From the IMG/VR virus record IMGVR_UViG_3300014325_000011, positions 51,126-115,125 of that record: a stretch of 64,000 nt of DNA; one strand, given 5' to 3'. Below the pieces are notes generated by a model. It was not told the DNA's origin, did not search any database, and saw only the letters and a program-made list of their open reading frames with translations. A program made the position numbers and the translations under genes. This stretch comes from a virus. This document shows positions 9,571-19,565 of this stretch, piece by piece. Position 1 is the first letter of the stretch, and every line of letters starts with the position of its first letter.

Positions 9571-12183
9571 TCAGATCGTCGGACTGCCGGTGAGGACCAC
9601 GGCGGGTTCGTCGCCGCCGGCCGGCGCTGTCGCCGCGCTTGGGGTGCCGGTGAGGATTGCTCCGCCGAGCATTCCTCCGTAGTCGCCGCCGCCGTAGCCG
9701 ACATCCCCGTAGCCGACCGCATCGCCCGGTCCGGATGGGACATCGAGGCCGGTGAGGATCGCAGTCACAATGCGGGCGAGCGCGTCGGAGTCATCGAGCA
9801 CGACCGTGTCGACGCCGCCGTTGACCGCCGCGTCGATGTGCGCTTGGTCAACTGCCCGCGAGGATTCGGAGGCGGTAACCGTGGCCGACATCGGGCCGAA
9901 CGTGTCGGCACCTGTAATCCCGTCAACACTGAACGCGGTGACGGCAAGTCCGGTCTGGTCGGCCGCAGAGCCAGCGTCTGTGCTGGCCATACCGACTGCC
10001 GGGGTCTGCTCGCCAGCAGCGGCCTGGTCAAGCCCGGCGACGTTGGCGGACAGCGATCCGACCGCCTCCGCCAGCCCACCCTGATCGGGTGTGGCTGCGG
10101 TGACGCCGATCGCGACTGCCACACCCCCGTAGGGGTCGACACCGTAGCCGGCCTCGCCGTAGCCGTCGCCGGCCATCAGCGCGGACACGGTGTCAACGTC
10201 GGCGACCTGCGCGGACAGGGCTGCGAGGGTGTCGACGGCGACATGGTTGTCACGCGAGGTCAGCGTGACCTGCGGGGCACCCTCAGCGACCGAGGCTGTA
10301 TCCGTGTCGGACAGGCCGACGAGCGCCACCTCGGCTACCGCACCGCTGTCACTGGCGGTCAGGCTGGCTGCGACTGCCGGGGTTTCGCCCGCAGTCGCCC
10401 CATCCCCCCCGGCCACCGTGGCATTCAGCGACACCACCGAGTCGGCCGCGGTGATGCTGTCCATGCCGAACACGGTGGGGGACAGAACAGTCGCATCGGC
10501 GGCGGTAGCACTGTCCGAGCTGACCAGCAGGTAGGTCAGCGCACTACTGTCCGCTGCCGTGGCCGCATCAACACCGGCAACACCGATGGTCGGTGTCGCC
10601 TCAACGAACGCCGCCGTGTCCGAACTGGCGATCGACGGGGTGAGTGTCGCGCCGTCGATGGCTGTGATGCCATCAACGGCGGCCAGCGAGATGAGGGGAA
10701 CATCGCCGCCGTAGGAGCCGCCGCCGTAGCCACCTGCGCCGTAGCCATCCCCGGACCCGGTCGCGGCGACCACATCAACATCGGCAACCGAGGCGGTCAA
10801 CGAAACCAGCACATCGGTAGCGGTGACCGTGTCGCTGTCCGATTTGACAACTGCGGTGGCCGTCGTTTCGGAGGCGGTCGCACTATCCGAACTCGTAGCC
10901 GTGCCGGTGACCGCGCCCAAGTCGACGGCCGTACTACTGTCCGAATCGGCCGGCGTGGCCGTGATGGCCGCAGCGTCGGTAGCCGTCGCCGTGTCTGTCG
11001 ACGTCGGTCCGACGGCAGGGATGCTTCCCGTGTCGGCGGCGCTGCCGGCGTCCACCGAGGTCAGCGAGGCGGCGACCTGGCCAACATCAGCCAACGTCGC
11101 GGAATCGACAGGACCAGTCAGGGAGATCGCCGGGGCGGCCTCGCCGAACGTCGCCAGGTCGACGATCGAGGTCAGGCTGATCGCCAGTGCGGCCCCGTCG
11201 GCGAGGCTGGCCGTGTCCGAACCGGTGAACGTGGCGGTGAGCGCTGTCAGGTCCGCCGCGGAGGCCGCATCCGACCCGGCCACAGACGCCGACAGGGCGG
11301 TGACATCGGCAGCCGTAGCGGTGTCCGCCGAGGACAACACGGTGGTGATGCCCGCGGTTTCAGTACCAGTCGCAGTGTCCGCCGCCGCCGGAGTGACAGC
11401 GATCGAGACGGGGCTTCCTATCCCGCCGCCGTAGCCACCCTCGCCGTACAGACCCGCTCCGTAGCCGCCGGAGCTGGCGTCCATCTGCGCCGTGTCCGAC
11501 GCGGTCACCGTCGCCGTGATGCTGGCGGTCGCTGTGGCGGTCGCACTGTCCGAGGAGAGCAGCGTGACGGTCGCCGTCTCGGTGGCAGTACCACTGTCTG
11601 TCGACGTTTTGGCAACCAGCGCCTGCACTGCGGAGGCGACGGTGAACGCCGAGAACACGACGTCGCCGGACGAGTTGTACGTGTCCAGACCGGCCTTGCT
11701 GCCGCCCGTGATCGACGAGTCCGTACCCGACCAGATCGCCGACCCGTTTAGATCAACCTCAAGGGCGGTGCCATACACCGAAAGAGTGGTCGTGCAGGGA
11801 AACGACGGCGCGGTGAACGCGACCGACGTCAACACGCTGACCGAGCCGGACACGCATTTCAGAACATACATGGTGCCGGTGTCAAAATGAAAATCGGCCG
11901 CGTAAAACGACTGGGAACTCAGCAGCGTGCCCGAGTTCGACATGCGGGCGGCGACACCAGCCGACCGGCCCGACGGTGCGGCGTTGACCGTGACCGTGAC
12001 CGCCATGTCCGCCGACGGCACCGACGTGTTGTCACACCGGGCGTAGGCCACCGCGCTGCCCAGCGTCACCGTCGCAGTGTTACTGCCAGCATTAACCCAG
12101 TTGCCGGTGATCTCCGTCCACGACTGGTCGCCGCCAAACGCCGGACTCGCCGACGGAAACGTCTCGGTGTAGTAGGTGGTCAC
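9571..12183 (-). CDS. Long repetitive virion fibre protein (N-terminal lectin-like beta-sandwich plus S-D-T-A-T-A repeats)
   Basis: 870 aa; dozens of short (S/A)DxAxAxD units and four GYG-x-YG-x-YGG motifs. Confidence 0.65.
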   Translation of the reverse strand: MTTYYTETFPSASPAFGGDQSWTEITGNWVNAGSNTATVTLGSAVAYARCDNTSVPSADMAVTVTVNAAPSGRSAGVAARMSNSGTLLSSQSFYAADFHFDTGTMYVLKCVSGSVSVLTSVAFTAPSFPCTTTLSVYGTALEVDLNGSAIWSGTDSSITGGSKAGLDTYNSSGDVVFSAFTVASAVQALVAKTSTDSGTATETATVTLLSSDSATATATASITATVTASDTAQMDASSGGYGAGLYGEGGYGGGIGSPVSIAVTPAAADTATGTETAGITTVLSSADTATAADVTALSASVAGSDAASAADLTALTATFTGSDTASLADGAALAISLTSIVDLATFGEAAPAISLTGPVDSATLADVGQVAASLTSVDAGSAADTGSIPAVGPTSTDTATATDAAAITATPADSDSSTAVDLGAVTGTATSSDSATASETTATAVVKSDSDTVTATDVLVSLTASVADVDVVAATGSGDGYGAGGYGGGSYGGDVPLISLAAVDGITAIDGATLTPSIASSDTAAFVEATPTIGVAGVDAATAADSSALTYLLVSSDSATAADATVLSPTVFGMDSITAADSVVSLNATVAGGDGATAGETPAVAASLTASDSGAVAEVALVGLSDTDTASVAEGAPQVTLTSRDNHVAVDTLAALSAQVADVDTVSALMAGDGYGEAGYGVDPYGGVAVAIGVTAATPDQGGLAEAVGSLSANVAGLDQAAAGEQTPAVGMASTDAGSAADQTGLAVTAFSVDGITGADTFGPMSATVTASESSRAVDQAHIDAAVNGGVDTVVLDDSDALARIVTAILTGLDVPSGPGDAVGYGDVGYGGGDYGGMLGGAILTGTPSAATAPAGGDEPAVVLTGSPTI

Positions 12184-12215
12184 CGACGCCCCCGTCCAGG
12201 CTCACCTTCCGCCGG

Positions 12216-13766
12216 TCAGATCGCCTGCCAAGAGGTCCCATCCCAGACGAACGTGATGCCGGTCGTCGCAGAGGCCGTTGTCGAAAACGACTTTCCGTTC
12301 AGCTTGAACACCGCGTTCAGGGTCACCGTCCGGCCGCCAGTGCCGTCCTGCGTGAGCAGCAACGTGAGTTTCTGGCCCACCACCAGGTAGATCCCGGTGC
12401 CCGTGTTCGTACCCGTCAGCGCCGGGGCGCCGACCGTCGTGTTCCCGGTCAGCGTCATCGCGTACGTTTCGGACAGGAACGGGTCAGGTGTCCAGCTCGA
12501 CGAGTAGGATAGGGCGTTGAACCCGCCGCCCTGCACACCCATCTGCACCTTGTTCGACCCGATCACACTTGACGCCTGAAGGGGCGGCATGTTGGTGCTG
12601 TTGTCGTTCAACTTGCCGTAGAAGATCAGCTCGACGCGGTTCCCTGTGGCACTTGACGTGATATTCAGCCCGGAGGCCTGATGGTTCAGGTTCGCCGCCC
12701 GATCCCAGGTCAGGCCGGTGACCGTACAGTTGCTGCTACCGCCCAGATCCACCCCGGCGAAGGAGCCGACCGGCGTGCCCGTGGACGTGCCGTCCGAGGT
12801 GCCATTGTGGCTGTTGCTGTCCGCCTCGATGCCGACCAGCGTCTGTCGGCCGCCGCGCACATAGAAGCCCGCGCGCGCGTTGTCCTGCGCGCAACAGCCG
12901 GTGGATTCGCCGCCGTTAAAGTTCCCGGCCGCCGAGCTGCCGCCAATGTTGTAGTAGAGGAATCCGTTGCCGAACCCGTTGGCCAGGCTGTAGGTCAGAC
13001 CGCCGGTGATGTTGCCTCCGTCCCACGAGTTCGCAGGAGCGGAAACGCTGACCGCCGTGCTCGTCCCGAAACGGTTGGTCATCAACGAGTAGCCCGAATA
13101 CCAGGCCTTGCAGTTGGACAGCATGTTGTTGCCCTGGACCAGGAACCCGTCCAGCCCGTTGCCGCCCGAATCGCAGTTGGTGTACATGGAGTCGATCGAC
13201 AGGTTGAAGCCGAAGCCGTTGCAGGTCCACACCTGGATGTTGGCGCCCTGGACGACACCGCGGCCCGTCTGCACGAAGCCGTCGCCAGTGAAGTTCTGAA
13301 TCAGAACATTGGAGACCTGGTGGCGTGCGTCCGTGTACTCGTAGGAACCCGACGGGGTCGAGTTCTGAAACACTATTCCGCAGTTCCAGTTGCTGCCGGA
13401 AACGGAACCCTTGTTGCCCTCCAAGCGCATCTTGTGAACACCACAGGCCTGCGCATCGTTGACGCCCGAGTAGTTCTGGACGTTCATGATCAGGTTTTCG
13501 AGAGTGGTCGCCGACGCCCGCAACGTCAACTGGGTGGCGAGCCCAACACCCTCCAGAGTGACCCGTTCCGGCAGGTTGATCTGGCCGGTGATGTAGTTCC
13601 CCGCCGGGAAAAACACGGTCCCCGACTGGGCGTAGATCGACACCGGAGCGACCGACGCAACCGCAGTGGCAATCGCATTCGTATCGTCGGTGCTGCCATC
13701 ACCCTTGGCGCCGAAGTCCTTGACGTTTACGTAGATCCCACGCGGAGGGTAGAAAACATCGCTCAC
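12216..13766 (-). CDS. Pectate-lyase-3/GH28-like beta-helix spike (candidate depolymerase)
   Basis: VNVKDFGAKGDGSTDDTNAIATAV...GTVFFPAGNY...LEGVG signature followed by Asn-ladder repeats. Confidence 0.85.
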   Translation of the reverse strand: MSDVFYPPRGIYVNVKDFGAKGDGSTDDTNAIATAVASVAPVSIYAQSGTVFFPAGNYITGQINLPERVTLEGVGLATQLTLRASATTLENLIMNVQNYSGVNDAQACGVHKMRLEGNKGSVSGSNWNCGIVFQNSTPSGSYEYTDARHQVSNVLIQNFTGDGFVQTGRGVVQGANIQVWTCNGFGFNLSIDSMYTNCDSGGNGLDGFLVQGNNMLSNCKAWYSGYSLMTNRFGTSTAVSVSAPANSWDGGNITGGLTYSLANGFGNGFLYYNIGGSSAAGNFNGGESTGCCAQDNARAGFYVRGGRQTLVGIEADSNSHNGTSDGTSTGTPVGSFAGVDLGGSSNCTVTGLTWDRAANLNHQASGLNITSSATGNRVELIFYGKLNDNSTNMPPLQASSVIGSNKVQMGVQGGGFNALSYSSSWTPDPFLSETYAMTLTGNTTVGAPALTGTNTGTGIYLVVGQKLTLLLTQDGTGGRTVTLNAVFKLNGKSFSTTASATTGITFVWDGTSWQAI

Positions 13767-15382
13767 AGTGCGCTCCAGGTGAGGCGACCCAGCCGCAGTG
13801 CGCGGGCAGAAGAGGCAAGAGTTCGCAGCCGCGCCGTGTAGCCCAGCGCCGCCGAGCTCGATGGCAGGTTGGTCGTGTGCGTCGCGGCCAACGTCCCGTT
13901 GACCCAGAACCGGACCTGCGACACGGCGCTGTTGATCTCAATCAGCAGCTCGTACGCACTGTCCAGCACAATCGCCGACGTCGTGGTTGTGACTGTCGCC
14001 GTCGTCCCCGAGCTGGTGACTGTCCGCCAGACCGCCGTCCCGTCAACCCCGGTGTCATATCTGAGCCATGCACCCTGCGCGGTGCTGTACGAGCCGGTCG
14101 TCGCCGGACCGGCGTTGCCCGCAATGTCGGCGGAGACGAGACCCACCGCGAGCCGCGTCGAGGTGATCGCCGAAGGGTCGGTACGGATCCGGGCGTAGAC
14201 GTAGGGCGCCCACCTGGGTTGGATCACCCCGAACGGGGAGATCAGCCCGGCGTCAACCGACGAAGCCGCTGTGGTCGTGTACCGGACCAGCGGCCCTTCC
14301 GCCTGGTCGTCGGAGGTCGGCGTGATGTTGACGGTCGCGACGGTTGGTGGCGAGACCCCGTCGAGGATCAGCGTTGTATCGCCGCCCGGTGCGGCAACAG
14401 ACGCCGTCCGCCGGGTCACAGGGGCCAGCAGCTCATCCTCATGACCGACAGACGAGCGTGCCCGAGGGCGGCCGTTGCGCACCCAGATGACCGAACCCTC
14501 GGCAGTGGTGAACGACCCTTCCGCCTGGTGCGACCCGTCCGGGTTACCGGTCGGCGGGGTCGACGAGTTGCCGAGCGCGAGCACGTCCACGCCGCCGGCG
14601 GGGTCACCGGCCGCACCCCGGATACCGCCGCCAGCGGTGATGACAGATGCCCGGGTGGTGACTGTCGGCGCGGTACCGATCGCATCGGAGGGCTGCCCCG
14701 AATACATGGTCGCTCCGCCGACCTGGCCGACGCCGAAGACCGGGGCGCCGGCATAGTCGCGGGCGAGGATCAGGTTTTTCGTCGACGATTCTCTGCCGCG
14801 TACGACCAGCCCGTCATGGGAGGCGTCGGGTAGGAGGAGATTCCAAACGCCTTCGTTGGTGGAGCCGGTGCCACCGAAGTTCCGCTGAACGGTGCCACCG
14901 GACGTGTAGCTACCAGAGCCGGTCGTCGATTGGAGAGTGAACTGGGTGGGCGCAACCTTGGTGATCGTCTTGACGCCGTTGACGCCTGTGATGCCGCCGA
15001 CGTTCGCGATCGTCACCACGTCGCCCGTGCCGTAGCCATGGGATGCGCTGGTGGTGACCGTGACCGTTGTCGTACCGGTCACGTTGGAGATCGTCAGCGG
15101 CGCGTCACCGGTTTGGATCGTCCCGTCGGCGAGCAGACCCACCCGGGCCAACAGGTCTGCGGCCTGCTTGACCGCGAGCACCACCGCGGACGTGGAAGCG
15201 GCCGTGGTCTGGGTGGCTACAGCGCCGATGTCGGAGGGGGCGATCGCGTCGCCGCCGCCTGTGAGGTGCTGGTCGGCGTGGGTGTTGACCCGGTTGACGA
15301 TGGTCGTCAGGGCCGTGTTGAGGGTGGTGTCCCAGGCTGCCTGGTCGTGCGTTGGCAGCGTGGGGTTGATAGGTCCAGTCAC
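13763..15382 (-). CDS. Virion fibre protein with a TVTTSASHGY..GDVVTI (E1-FCCH-like) beta-domain and a C-terminal lectin-like domain
   Basis: 539 aa; N-terminal ~55 aa paralogous to 17068..19536. Confidence 0.65.
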   Translation of the reverse strand: MTGPINPTLPTHDQAAWDTTLNTALTTIVNRVNTHADQHLTGGGDAIAPSDIGAVATQTTAASTSAVVLAVKQAADLLARVGLLADGTIQTGDAPLTISNVTGTTTVTVTTSASHGYGTGDVVTIANVGGITGVNGVKTITKVAPTQFTLQSTTGSGSYTSGGTVQRNFGGTGSTNEGVWNLLLPDASHDGLVVRGRESSTKNLILARDYAGAPVFGVGQVGGATMYSGQPSDAIGTAPTVTTRASVITAGGGIRGAAGDPAGGVDVLALGNSSTPPTGNPDGSHQAEGSFTTAEGSVIWVRNGRPRARSSVGHEDELLAPVTRRTASVAAPGGDTTLILDGVSPPTVATVNITPTSDDQAEGPLVRYTTTAASSVDAGLISPFGVIQPRWAPYVYARIRTDPSAITSTRLAVGLVSADIAGNAGPATTGSYSTAQGAWLRYDTGVDGTAVWRTVTSSGTTATVTTTTSAIVLDSAYELLIEINSAVSQVRFWVNGTLAATHTTNLPSSSAALGYTARLRTLASSARALRLGRLTWSAL

Positions 15383-15421
15383 GGGGGCTGCTCACCCCCG
15401 TGACTCGACTAGGTCATGCGG

Positions 15422-15730
15422 CTAGGAAGCTTCGGACACGTGCGCGGCGGGGACCTTGCAGATCTTCGGTGCGTGCGGGCCACGGAGCCTGTGCTGGTCG
15501 GCCGGGCCCGGGTCGCCGGTCTTCTTCCATCGGGCATAGTGCATCCCGCACCATGTTCGGCAGTGAACCGGTTGGTCGCAGCCGGGGACGGTGCAGACCG
15601 TCGGACGGCTCGGCCTCGCCGCCCGAGGTGTGCCGTACTTGCGGTGCCACGACCGGTAGTGGTTCTTGCAGCGCCCCTTGGCGTAGGAGGGGAGTTCACA
15701 TTCGTCGTTCAGGCAGATAGCCTTGGCCAC
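15422..15730 (-). CDS. Cys/His repeat protein resembling the N-terminal Zn-binding part of phage HNH endonucleases (probable truncated HNH)
   Basis: C-x4-C...C-x2-HY twice (CLNDEC..CKNHY; CTVPGC..CGMHY..W..TGDP), a third copy truncated; no HNH core. Confidence 0.6.
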   Translation of the reverse strand: MAKAICLNDECELPSYAKGRCKNHYRSWHRKYGTPRAARPSRPTVCTVPGCDQPVHCRTWCGMHYARWKKTGDPGPADQHRLRGPHAPKICKVPAAHVSEAS

Positions 15731-15838
15731 GTCGGGCCACCTCTCGTTGCGGTGTAGGTGGTGCGGCAGACGGCGGGGAGGTGCAACTCTCCGCCGTCAC
15801 CTATTCTAAAGCCCAGTGTCGCCCTAGTCTCCCACTGT

Positions 15839-15854
15839 TCGAACAACTGTTCCG
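15839..15854. promoter_or_regulatory. LexA/SOS box-like site upstream of a TAGAAT -10 (15803-15808, minus strand)
   Basis: TCGAAC-AACT-GTTCCG versus the actinobacterial consensus TCGAAC-N4-GTTCGA. Confidence 0.5.
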
Positions 15855-15878
15855 TGCGGCGCTGTACACAAAGCGAAA

Positions 15879-16439
15879 CTAGGAGAGCGATATGCTAACT
15901 TGTAGCTGCCAACTCGCCGCGCTCGTTTTCGTGCCCAAGGCCACGACTTTTCTATTCAGAAGGCGCCCCCCACTGGACGCATTCGCGAGTCCCCATTCGG
16001 CCCATTGAAAATTCCCGACGCCGGTGCCGAACGTCGCCGTCCACGTCGCTGTGGCCGATCCGGAGGAGGTTCCATCGGTGTGGGACACAGTCGCAGCGGC
16101 CCGCACCTTGTTGGAGCTGGCCTGGAGATCCGTTTGAGTCGCCGCTTCAGCCGTGGAGCTATCTCCTACAGCCAAGTAGGAGTTGCTCGAATTGAAGTAG
16201 GTGAGCGTCTGCCCACTTGTGGCCGTCCCGTTTCCGATCAGGCACTCCCAGATACAGCTCGCCCCGCCGTACATCAGCAAGTTGCCCGCACCCTCAACCA
16301 CCTCGTACGGGTCGACCGACTGATCGTCACCCCACCGCTTCGTAACCGTCCACGTGCAGCGCCACCGGGCCGGTTCGTGGTCGGCCACGGCCACACCGAG
16401 CCGGGCTGTTTCGGCCACACCGGCCGCATCCTTGTGCAT
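15879..16439 (-). CDS. Virion structural protein (fibre-attachment/minor structural family)
   Basis: GNLL...YLAVGDSSTAEAATQTDL...ATFGTGVGNFQWAEWGL...LLNRKV..LGTKTS; start chosen after the GAAAGGGG RBS. Confidence 0.65.
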   Translation of the reverse strand: MHKDAAGVAETARLGVAVADHEPARWRCTWTVTKRWGDDQSVDPYEVVEGAGNLLMYGGASCIWECLIGNGTATSGQTLTYFNSSNSYLAVGDSSTAEAATQTDLQASSNKVRAAATVSHTDGTSSGSATATWTATFGTGVGNFQWAEWGLANASSGGRLLNRKVVALGTKTSAASWQLQVSISLS

Positions 16440-16530
16440 GGGGGAGCCCCTTTCAGCGGGCATGGGAAAAGACCCGCATGAGGGCGGGTGGGAACGTTCG
16501 GATGTGCTGCCGGTCAGGTCGGCGGAACGG

Positions 16531-16881
16531 TCATGTTCCGCTCGTCGAGTCGAGCTGGCCGAGCAGCAGCCGGATGAGCGCGGAGCATTCGCGGGTGAGC
16601 CGGCCGACCTGGGTGGCTACCTGCGCGGCAGTCGGAGTGCCGATCGCCAGGTAGGTGGCGTTGGCGTCCAGTGCGGCCGACGCCAGTGCGCGCAGGGTGG
16701 CCGCGTTGACGTCAGCCAGCGGCGGGCTGGGCCAGGTGTAGCCGCCGGCCTGCGCCGCCGCCAGGGTGAGCAGCTGGGTGCCGGCGGGCGGGGTGTAGGG
16801 GCTGGTGCCGTCCCAGGTCACCGGACCGCCCTTGATGGTGAGGTCCGCTGTGTCTACTGACACGACCACGTAGGCCGCCAT
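16531..16881 (-). CDS. Putative fibre-associated/assembly protein
   Basis: MAAYVVVSV...[12 protein letters not shown], downstream of the glycine-rich fibre. Confidence 0.55.
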   Translation of the reverse strand: MAAYVVVSVDTADLTIKGGPVTWDGTSPYTPPAGTQLLTLAAAQAGGYTWPSPPLADVNAATLRALASAALDANATYLAIGTPTAAQVATQVGRLTRECSALIRLLLGQLDSTSGT

Positions 16882-16882
16882 A

Positions 16883-17053
16883 TCAGCTGCTGGAGATCGC
16901 TTGGTTGAGAGCCTGGGCGAACACGTTGTCGAGGGCGTCCTCGGTCTCGTCCGGCAATTCCGACGCAGGCTTGCGCCAAAAAATGTAGGAACCCCAATAG
17001 GCCACGGCATCACCCGTGCCGGATTCGAGGAAAACCTGCAACTTGTCCGACAT
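16883..17053 (-). CDS. 56-aa hypothetical protein (below the ORF-track cutoff)
   Basis: [56 protein letters not shown]; GAGGAAG RBS; fills the gap exactly. Confidence 0.55.
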   Translation of the reverse strand: MSDKLQVFLESGTGDAVAYWGSYIFWRKPASELPDETEDALDNVFAQALNQAISSS

Positions 17054-17067
17054 TCCGCTTCCTCACT

Positions 17068-19536
17068 TCAGATGGAAATTGCAACAACGAGACCGCCGCC
17101 GCCCACGCCACCGGCACCCGAGTTGTTGCCGTTCAGCGACGCCCCGCCGCCGCCACTTCCGCCGCCATAACCGCCGACACCTCCCGCGCCGGCTGCCGCA
17201 GACGTGGATGATCCGCCGCCGCCACCACCCGATCCGGGAACCGGGACACCTGTACCCGCATTGTTGCCCGGATTTCCCGCGCCACCGGCGGAGCCACCGG
17301 TACCGCCCGCGAGGCCGCTCGCAGAGGAAACGGAGCCGCCCGGCCCGCCGCTCGATGTCGCGTCACCACTGGTGATGCCGCCACCAGAGCCGCCGCCGCC
17401 GCCGCCGATGCCCACGTTGCCACCAGCGCCACCGCCACCAGTCCCGGATGCGGCCCCGCCGGTAGCGCCACCGAACATGGCCGAGCTGCCGCCAGTGCCC
17501 GCGGTACCGGCAGCGTTGGTGCCACCGCCGCCGCCATTACCGCCAGTCGAGGTGCAAAATGAGGTCGATTTGAACGTCGACGCCCCACCAGCGCCACCAC
17601 TCTGGCCATCGGTGTCATCCGTGGTCCGCGCAGCGCCAGCTGTGCCGCCTGCGCCGACCGTGACCGATTCCGTGGCGCTGAGCGCCGACGCGGGCAGTAG
17701 TCGATAGGTCATCGTGCCCGACCCGCCACCGCCGCCACCGCAGCGCACAGTGCCAGCAGCGCCACGCCGACCCGACCCGCCGCCGCCACCCGCACCGATA
17801 CAGGCGACGTAGACCATCGTCGCCCCCGCCGGCTTGGTCCAGGTGCCCGAGGATGTGAATGTCTGGACATCGGCCGTCGCCGCCCACGCGAGCCCGGTCG
17901 ACTGCCCGGACGCCGCCTTGAGCAGCTGGCCATCGGTGCCGACACCGAGCCGGGCGAGAGTCGCCGACGCCGTCGCAGCGAGCAGATCCCCCTTCGTGGT
18001 GACCGTCGACGCCTGCACCGCGCCCGTGATCCGCGAGTCGTCACCGGCGGCCAACGTCCCCGACGAGGTGCCCACGTTGGCGGAGATCGTCCGGTTCGCC
18101 GACAGGTCCCCGCCGCCCGTCAGTCCAGTGCCGGCGCTGACCGTCCGCGAGGCCGGCACTCCGGCATGCACATGGTCATCCCGCGCCGACGCAGTACCAG
18201 TGCCGACCGCTCCGGACGCCGCGATGGCCGCTGGCGTGTTGCTGGTGAGCTGCGGGGAGGCATGCACATGGTCCGAGCGGGCCGTATCTGTCGCGGTCCC
18301 CACCGTCCCCGACGCAGCCGTAGCTGCCGGGGTACTGGCCGTGAGCTGCGGCGACGCATGGGCATGGTCGGAACGCGACACGGTCGTCGACGTGCCGGCC
18401 GCACCGGACGCCGCCGTCGCTGCCGGAGTCGACGACGACAACGCCGACCCCTGAAGAGCAGTGCCCGCCGTCGACCCGTACGAGACCGCCAACGTCCGAT
18501 CAGCCGAAAGGTCGCCGCCGCCTGTCAGACCTGTCCCCGCGAGCACCTGGCGGGACTGCTGTACGGACGTCGGCCCCGGGGCCGCTTGCTGAGACCCGGT
18601 CCCCAACGTCCGGAGCGAAGCCGTACCCGCGTCCTGGTCGGCCGGTAGCGTTGCCGCCAACTGCGTCGGCGTACGCGCGGCCCACGCCCCGCCCGACTCC
18701 TGGATCACCGCCGAACCGGACGCGGTCAGACCGGCGATCGTCGTCAGGTCGCTATCCAGCGGCTGCTTTCCGTCCAACGCCGACTGAGTCGCCGTGGAAA
18801 TGGGCTTGGCCGCGTCGGAAGTGTTGTCAACCGAACCGAGGCCGACATCGCCCTTGACGAGCGTGACCACACCGGTCTTGCCCGCGACGCTCGAAACCGC
18901 GCCGGAACCGCCTGACGACCATTGGAGGCCCGTTGACTGGCCGGACGCCGCAGTAAGAACCTGCCCGTCGGTTCCGACAGGCAGCCGGGTCACCGTGTTG
19001 TCGGCCGTGGCTACATACAGATCACCCTTTGCGTCGACCGCGGAAAGCTGGACGTAGCGACCATCAAGGCTGCCGACGGTTTTCTGCCCGCCGGAGATCC
19101 ACCAGTGCCCGGCGCCGTCCGACGTGAGCGTGATGACCTGGTCCTGAAGCTGCACCTGCGTCGACGTCGACGCACTGTTGATGACGTCCGAGCCCGCACG
19201 GGCCACTGACACGACAACCGACGCGGCCAGGTTCTTCACCGCGACCATCTGACCAGCCACGTTCGCCGCCGGCAGGGTCACCGTGAACGTGCCGCCCGTC
19301 GGATCACACAGGACCAGCTCCCACGGGGCGGCCGTGTAGGCGCTCTCCGTCGCGGTGACCGTGAACCGAGACTGCGCGCCGATCGCGGACGGAGCGATAG
19401 GGTCCGCGCCGCCGGTCACATGCTGATCCGCATGGGCGTTCAGCCGGGAGACGACCGTTCCAAGACTGGCGTTAAGGTCCGAGTCCCAGTTTTTCTCCCC
19501 ATGCGTCGGCCACGTCGGATTGATCGGACCAGGCAT
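17068..19536 (-). CDS. Fibre protein with glycine-rich C-terminal domain
   Basis: 822 aa. KGDL...RLPVGTDGQVL x2, AGTGLTGGGDLSA.RT x2, GT....RxDHxH x3, TFTSSGTWTKPAGA..V.V.CIGAGGGGGSG. Confidence 0.85.
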   Translation of the reverse strand: MPGPINPTWPTHGEKNWDSDLNASLGTVVSRLNAHADQHVTGGADPIAPSAIGAQSRFTVTATESAYTAAPWELVLCDPTGGTFTVTLPAANVAGQMVAVKNLAASVVVSVARAGSDVINSASTSTQVQLQDQVITLTSDGAGHWWISGGQKTVGSLDGRYVQLSAVDAKGDLYVATADNTVTRLPVGTDGQVLTAASGQSTGLQWSSGGSGAVSSVAGKTGVVTLVKGDVGLGSVDNTSDAAKPISTATQSALDGKQPLDSDLTTIAGLTASGSAVIQESGGAWAARTPTQLAATLPADQDAGTASLRTLGTGSQQAAPGPTSVQQSRQVLAGTGLTGGGDLSADRTLAVSYGSTAGTALQGSALSSSTPAATAASGAAGTSTTVSRSDHAHASPQLTASTPAATAASGTVGTATDTARSDHVHASPQLTSNTPAAIAASGAVGTGTASARDDHVHAGVPASRTVSAGTGLTGGGDLSANRTISANVGTSSGTLAAGDDSRITGAVQASTVTTKGDLLAATASATLARLGVGTDGQLLKAASGQSTGLAWAATADVQTFTSSGTWTKPAGATMVYVACIGAGGGGGSGRRGAAGTVRCGGGGGGSGTMTYRLLPASALSATESVTVGAGGTAGAARTTDDTDGQSGGAGGASTFKSTSFCTSTGGNGGGGGTNAAGTAGTGGSSAMFGGATGGAASGTGGGGAGGNVGIGGGGGGSGGGITSGDATSSGGPGGSVSSASGLAGGTGGSAGGAGNPGNNAGTGVPVPGSGGGGGGSSTSAAAGAGGVGGYGGGSGGGGASLNGNNSGAGGVGGGGLVVAISI

Positions 19537-19565
19537 CGGAAATCACCCCCCGATGCCTTTCGCGG

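Noticed and set aside
7888-11751. 1287-aa plus-strand ORF, and other long plus-strand ORFs (408-2177, 3878-5380, 21457-23673, 29492-30856)
   Set aside because: Antisense shadows of well-supported minus-strand genes in high-GC DNA; Arg/Gly/Val-rich with no motifs.
9571-12183. Possible CRISPR array or DNA tandem repeat
   Set aside because: The repeats are degenerate at the DNA level and conserved only as protein motifs; there is no repeat-spacer structure and no cas operon. The Cas4-like gene at 52-53 kb is a phage recombination nuclease.
12216-19536. Diversity-generating retroelement acting on the fibres
   Set aside because: No reverse transcriptase and no TR/VR pair with adenine-specific differences was seen.
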